Shown here: positions 46,396 to 52,143 of the stretch, piece after piece
How positions within the stretch are numbered: the first letter of the stretch is position 1
How the letters are laid out: each line of letters starts with the position of its first letter
NCBI RefSeq assembly: GCF_004010195.1
Contig: NC_057718.1
Span: forward strand, 61,486,095-61,538,237
Reading direction: 5' to 3'
Length of the DNA: 52,143 nucleotides
Source of the DNA: Chiloscyllium plagiosum
Taxonomy: Eukaryota
The notes under the pieces: generated by a model
Databases searched by the model: none
What the model was told of the DNA's origin: nothing
What the model saw: only the letters and a program-made list of their open reading frames with translations
Made by a program: the position numbers and the translations under genes

Positions 46396-46764
46396 AATCA
46401 TAAAGTGTGGAACGAGGCTACTCAGCCCAGCGAGTCTGCATTGACCCACCAAAGAGCATCCCACCAAACCTCCCACCCCCCGCCACCCATCCAACACATT
46501 ATCCCTGCAACTTCAAATTTATCTTCAGCTAATCCACCCAGCAGACACAAACCGAGACACTATAGACAATTTTTAGCATGGCCAATCCATCAAACCTGCA
46601 CATGTTTGGACTGTGAGAGAAAACCAGAGCACCGAGAGGAAACCTACATAGACACAGGCAAAATGTGCAAAATCCACACAGACAATCATCCGAGGCTGGA
46701 ATCAAACCTAGGTCCCTGGAGCTCTGAGGCAGCAGTGCTAACCACTGAGTCACCCTACCGTCCC
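46396..46764 (-). mobile_element. HE1-type V-SINE, diverged
   Basis: Reverse complement of HE1 head, V-domain and tail. Confidence 0.88.
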
Positions 46765-47562
46765 ATATCTCCCAGCCATATTGCCTTAAAAAAAAGCGAC
46801 AAAATCCTTGCCAAATGACTGGCATTTTCTAATGTGAGCAGATTTCCCTGTCAAGGAATTGACCACCCTGATAAACTCTGCTCAATTTTAACTTACATTG
46901 CATTCCATGTACAGGAATATCAAAGTATTATATAACAAAAGGTCATCACAAGTCATTTATTTTATGCCATCAGATATGGTTAATGTTATCTGCAATGCAC
47001 TTAGATTGTTGAAACTACATTTTCATAAGAACTGAGAAAGCATTAATTTCAATTATATTCCTCATCATCTGTCACTGCAATGTATGTAAGGCAGAAACAC
47101 AGCTCATGAAAACTCTAGGACATAATCAGAAAGTTCTGCACGTGAGCAATAAAAGGTTAGAGACATGGGAAAGGTTCGTTACAGATGGCGTTAATTGTAC
47201 GTGTCATCTGAAAAAATTGCCAGGTTATTATTCTGGACAACGATTTATTCAAGATGCTCAGTGCAGTATTCAATTGTTCAGCGTTTGGCTATGTGTATCT
47301 GTTAAATGTCATTTATGCTACTGGTTCAAAGTGGGTATGTTGACTGAGAATTGGGAACTAGTTGAAAACAAACCATTGGAAGGATGAGAGTGTGGAGACA
47401 TTTTAATAGCAATGTAAATAAAGCTCCTGTTTAAACACAGAAACTGGTGTAATCTCTGTATTTCTCTGAGACAAAAAATAATATACACCTACAAATGTCA
47501 TCATCAGAGTGCCTTGAGAGGAAAGGTCAGTCACATCCAATAACTATTTCAGGTCCACAATT

Positions 47563-47853
47563 AAATTCCCTACAGTGTGGAAACAGGGCCTTTGGCCCAA
47601 CCAGTCCACACCGACCCTCCGAAGAGTAACCCACCCAGCCCCATTTCCCTCTGACTAACTGACCTAACACTATGGGGCAATTTAGCATGGCCAATTCACC
47701 TGACCTGCACATCTTTGTACTGTGGGAGGAAACCCACGCTGACATGGGGAGAACATGCAAACTCCACACAGACAGTCACCCGAGGCTGGAATCGAACCTG
47801 GGATCCTGGTGCTGTGAGGCAGCAATGCTAACCACTGAGCCACCATGCCGCCC
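47563..47853 (-). mobile_element. HE1-type V-SINE
   Basis: Minus strand GGGCGGCATGGTGGCTCAGTGG..GGTTCGATTCC, V-domain and tail. Confidence 0.93.
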
Positions 47854-49019
47854 AATTGTTACCAAATACTCATCTACAACTCCAGGACTGTTTGCCTACC
47901 AAAGAGACAAACATTCAGGAAGCAAAAAAGGCAGGAAAATGTGTTAGGAAAAGGACAATCCTGAGATCCTAGAAAAAGAGAGGTCCTGATTAATTTAATC
48001 ACATAATCAGTTTTTCTTCCATTTCCCAGCCAACAATTGGACAGACTTTGAGGATAAATCCCATCATGCGTAAAGATTGTCAATGCATGGTGTAAGGACT
48101 TGGACCAATAGCAGGGGCGGGGATTAGGAGACACTGTGGGTTTGGGGAACGGTGCAGTGTAGGAGATCTGGTAAAGTGGTTGCTGGTTCTTCTAGCCTGA
48201 CAAACAGCAATGTAAAGGTTGCTCACCTACTTGATCCAACTGATCCCATCTCCAAATGCTGCTGAGTTTATCAAATCTTGGAAAACTGGATCACCCAACA
48301 TTAAGTTTAAATCAGATGCTTAACTGTACAGGTGGAAACCTGAAATAAATATTTACGAGATGTCTGGCCTCTGGACGGTGTGGAACAGACGAGCCACAGA
48401 GTGCACCATTGTTCAAATGACCCTGACATAGTTGCATAAGGTTGGGTTTCAGTTTCTTTTTTATTTTTAATGTCCCTATCCCACTCCTTATTGTGCAGCA
48501 GGATCTAAAATCACTACAAGTGAGTCAGTCAACGTTTTATGGGTAAAACATTGAGGAATAATTAGAACGAGAATTTGACAGCCGAAGAGAGAGAGTCCCA
48601 CATTTCCATCGAGGGTTCTCTTCAACTGAGGAGTTAAGTAAACCAGATCACAAGGGCCTGATTTACAAATTTAAAAAAAAGAATATTAATCTCTGTGCAA
48701 ATGATGGAAACACTTTTTAATGCATATGTTTCAATATGTGGATGCATCTACAGCATATAACAGGAAGCATCTTATGAGCTGCAGAACTTTATAAATAGTT
48801 AGACAGGCCAGAAGGTTTCTGCAGCAACAGGATCACAAAATAGAAGCTGCAGTTGGTATAAAAGATTCTCAAGGGTCAGGCAGAAAATGAAACATTTACC
48901 TTAAATATTCACTTCTTCCATCGCACAGTGGTAAATCATAACCTACACACAAGACACACTGCAACAATTCACCCAGGCTTAATCAACAGCATTAATTCCC
49001 AACATTTACCACCTTGAAA

Positions 49020-49272
49020 GACAAAGGTGGACACATAAGAGGAATATCACCATCTAAATGACATGCTACTCACCATCCTAGCATACGGCTACGTTACCCA
49101 TTCCTTTAGGTCAAATCGCTGAAACTCCCTTCATAACAGCGCTGTGAGTGTGCATATGTCATACACACTACAGCAGTTCACAAAAGCAACTCAGAACCAC
49201 CTTCTAAAGGGACAATGAGGAAAGGGCAACACATGCAGGTGAGGCCCATCTTTTGAAAAGTAATAAAAAAAT
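49020..49272 (+). mobile_element. Diverged 3' fragment related to the LINE at 33327-36420
   Basis: CAGCAGTTCACAAAAGCAACTCAGAACCACCTTCTAAAGGGACAAT..poly-A parallels the reverse complement of 33330-33600. Confidence 0.65.
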
Positions 49273-50624
49273 TTCCACAATGTCTTCCCACTCCCAGGAT
49301 TTCTAAGATCATTCCTGTCTCTCTCTCCTCACTGCACTCCCCCACTCACTGCAAATAACAAGAGTTTTCTTTCCTCCTGAATGGGTGTCTCTTTGGAAGG
49401 TAAAATGCCATGATGAACACATCATGCCGACTATTCCGCTGACAATATTACAAATAAATACTCCTGTAGTTGTGGGTGCAGTCACAGATATCATTGTTGC
49501 TGTGGTAATCAGTAGAGTTTTCCACAACCATGTCCACAGGTGCAGACCTGCAGGAACTTTAAACATGAATACATATCCTGTGGTAGTGAAATAGAAAGGC
49601 TGGCATTAGCTGGTGCCTCAGAGACAATTGCTTCAGGAGTCACCTTAGATCTTTTAAACTACAGGGAAGCTTTGTCACCAACCACCATTCAACAGGACCT
49701 TATAGGAAGGAATAGATTCAGAATTAGGAAAAGGAAGGTTGTAGGAATAGAGGGCAGAAACTGAGAGGTTTTAATTAATGCCACATAAATTTTGTCAATT
49801 TTTCCTTGCCCCTTTGGGAATCTTGCCAGTCTATCAAATTGAATATCTGTCGTGTTATTTATCTGGTTGCAATGAGAAGGAAATGAGGCACATAATTTGC
49901 CAGAAGAGCACTGACCTTTTTTGTACAACACAGAACTGTTACCTGATATATGTGGCAAAGGTTACCAGATGTTGTCTAAAAAGATCCAATCACAAAGAAA
50001 TGCAAAGTCTTTTAATTCTAATAAACAGAGTTTTGTTGTTTTCAGAGGATGTTGGCCACCAATCTTTAACTAGCAATTGTTGTATTTCCACATCAAGATA
50101 CAAGGGAAAGGTACAGGTATCTGAGGCAGTGATGGGCAGTAAAGTCCAGGACTTAAAGCTATCACTTTTTGAGTGTCAATCTGCATATTAAGAGGAAGCA
50201 TCTTTTAAGATGCCTCAAGTTCCTCCAATCTAGCTGAATACACATGCTCCACCAATCTTTCCTTTTCTAAACAAAGAAGCCATGGCTGTATCTCCTGAAT
50301 AACTGATTAAATATAGTAGGAACATGTAGATAAAACTCTCAGAGCACCCAACACTTATAATCAATATATAGTCAAAGGAGCACCAAGCTTCAGCTCCAGG
50401 AAACAAAGTGGCACTCTTAATAGGATATCTTCCTCATGGAAGTCAGATGACATGTGTGCTATAACCTCAGAAAATTGAATAGATACTGTGGGATAGAGAA
50501 GCACAGCTATCCTTGGGAAATAGAAGAAAGTAAATATTGCAATTGCAAAGATTACTGATACTCCAGAGAACAATGGGACAAAGCCTTCTTTCCTCTGCTA
50601 CGAAGACAGACGTGATTAATGTTA

Positions 50625-50935
50625 CAAAACAAAGATGAGAGGATGCTGAAGATCTGAAATTAAAACAGAAAATACTGGAGAAACACCGAAGGTCTGGCAG
50701 CATCTGCAGACAGAAAGCAAAGTTAATATTTCGAAAGAAGTGTCACTGAACTCAAAACGCTAAGTTTGCTTTTCTCTCCACAGTGTTAATGGTTAATAGT
50801 CAATGATTCTTTTATAAGAACATCCAAATCAAAGGGCATTCAGCTGAAATGTTAATTTTTTTGCACTCTGCAGATATGTTGGATATTTTAAGCATTTCTA
50901 GTTTCACTTCAGATTTGTAGTTGCCATATTTTGCT
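50625..50935. mobile_element. Degenerate Penelope pLTR-like fragments in inverted arrangement
   Basis: GGATGCTGAAGATCTGAAAT..GGTCTGGCAGCATCTG, loosely related to 44227-44310, followed by inverted pieces. Confidence 0.6.
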
Positions 50936-51559
50936 TTTGTATCAGTAGTTGGTGTTACGGTCCCCTGAAAGCAAATTGCATTTGCTATGCACTGATGATA
51001 CATGGATACATTTTTCTGTCCTTGCTCATCCACATCTCAATCCTGTAGTTTTCCTGCTCAGTCTTCCCTTTTCTTCCTGCCCAGTATTTGTTAAATGCCA
51101 CACATTCTCTCATAATAAATCTCAAACCTTACATGCAGGCACCCCACGTTCTGTGGTACCAATTGGCACACAATGCTAGGAAACAAACACCGGGCTGAGA
51201 GCTTGCTCACATTCAAGCCTTGGTTCAGCCGGAGCTAGTGTCACACTCGTTACAGAGGCCTCTCTCTCTTTACTTAGAGATGGGGAGGTGGGAGTAATAA
51301 ATGAGAAATATCTACAACTAATTCATTGATCCTCTATTTGTGCCTTCCAGAAACTGAATGATAAATTCCTCACCACTGCTTGACATGTAAAGGTTATCAA
51401 GACTTGCTAGTCCTTTGTCTCATTTTTCTCTGCTTATGGATCTACTTTCAGAAGTTGGTGCTTGCGGAAGATAAGCTTGAGCAGCATCAGCAACCTGCAC
51501 CGACTCAGGTTTTAGTAGATACCAGCCCAAAGATCAGCATCCTTTATTGCAATCATCAC

Positions 51560-52143
51560 TACCCCTCCGTCCACGCATCAATGAATTTAATACATGCCGT
51601 GAGGTCAAACACTTCTTCCGCCGCCTCCACCTCCGAGCTTACTTTCACAATCAGGACTCCTGCCCACCTTCCGAGGACCCCTTTGCCCACCTCTAACACA
51701 CTCCATCCACCTGGACACCTCACGCTGGCCTATTACCCGCCCTCAACCTCTTCATTTACAACTGCCACCGGGACATTAACCGCCTCAACCTGTCTACCCC
51801 ACTCCCCCACTCCAACCTCTCACCCTCACAACACGCAGCCCTCCAATCCCTCTGCTCCAATCCCAACCTCATAATCAAGCCAGCAGATAAAGGGGGCGCA
51901 GTGGTAGTCTGGCGCACTGACCTCTACACCACTGAAGTCAAACACCAACTCGAGGACACTTCTTCCTACAGCCCCCTTGAACATGACCCCCCCCCTCATC
52001 ACCAAACTATCATCTCCCAGACCATACAGAACCTCATCACCTCAGGAGATCTCCCACCCCCAGCTTCCAACCTCACAGTCCGGGAACCCCGCACTGCCCG
52101 GTTCTACCTCCTTCCCAAGATCCACAAGCCTGACCACCCTGGC
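51560..52143 (+). mobile_element. Penelope-like element (Neptune-like) RT ORF N-terminal region; 5'-truncated and running off the window
   Basis: FFRRLHLRAYF..SNLSPSQHAALQSL..NLIIKPADKGGAVVVW..Y..QL..RTARFYLLPKIHKPDHPG, with the PLE DKG and LPKIHK motifs; one stop and a frameshift in a C-run. Confidence 0.93.

Noticed and set aside
51380..51874. 164-aa ORF resembling a secreted mucin-like protein
   Set aside because: Its Pro/Thr/Ser-rich part is an alternative frame of the C-rich Penelope RT.
1..52143. Prokaryotic systems (CRISPR arrays, operons, defence islands) or endogenous virus genes
   Set aside because: No spaced direct-repeat array, no gene-dense region, and no env or capsid-like ORF seen; content is vertebrate repeat DNA.

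Overview
Vertebrate nuclear DNA, almost certainly an elasmobranch (shark), judged from repeated HE1-type V-SINEs, HER1/CR1 LINEs and a SacSINE1-like Deu-SINE. It is intronic or intergenic and dominated by decayed, nested transposable elements; no intact host protein-coding gene was recognised and every recognisable coding remnant belongs to a TE. Main contents: many CR1 fragments; six HE1 SINEs; a TSD-flanked Gmr1-type Ty3/gypsy provirus with integrase upstream of RT (13231-19168); a solo LTR (27418-28567) carrying an intron-containing tRNA-Pro(AGG) pseudogene joined to an HE1 SINE; an older minus-strand gypsy relic (about 30237-33188); a 3.1-kb LINE with no ORF1 (33327-36420) whose 5' and 3' ends make up the body and tail of a tRNA-headed SINE family in the same window; four short TSD-flanked Penelope-derived inserts with hammerhead-ribozyme-like cores plus a Penelope RT ORF at the right edge; a pogo/Tigger-like MITE; a Rex1 fragment; and faint PIF/Harbinger fossils. 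Family names come from recalled motifs, not database searches. Boundaries not fixed by a TSD are approximate.
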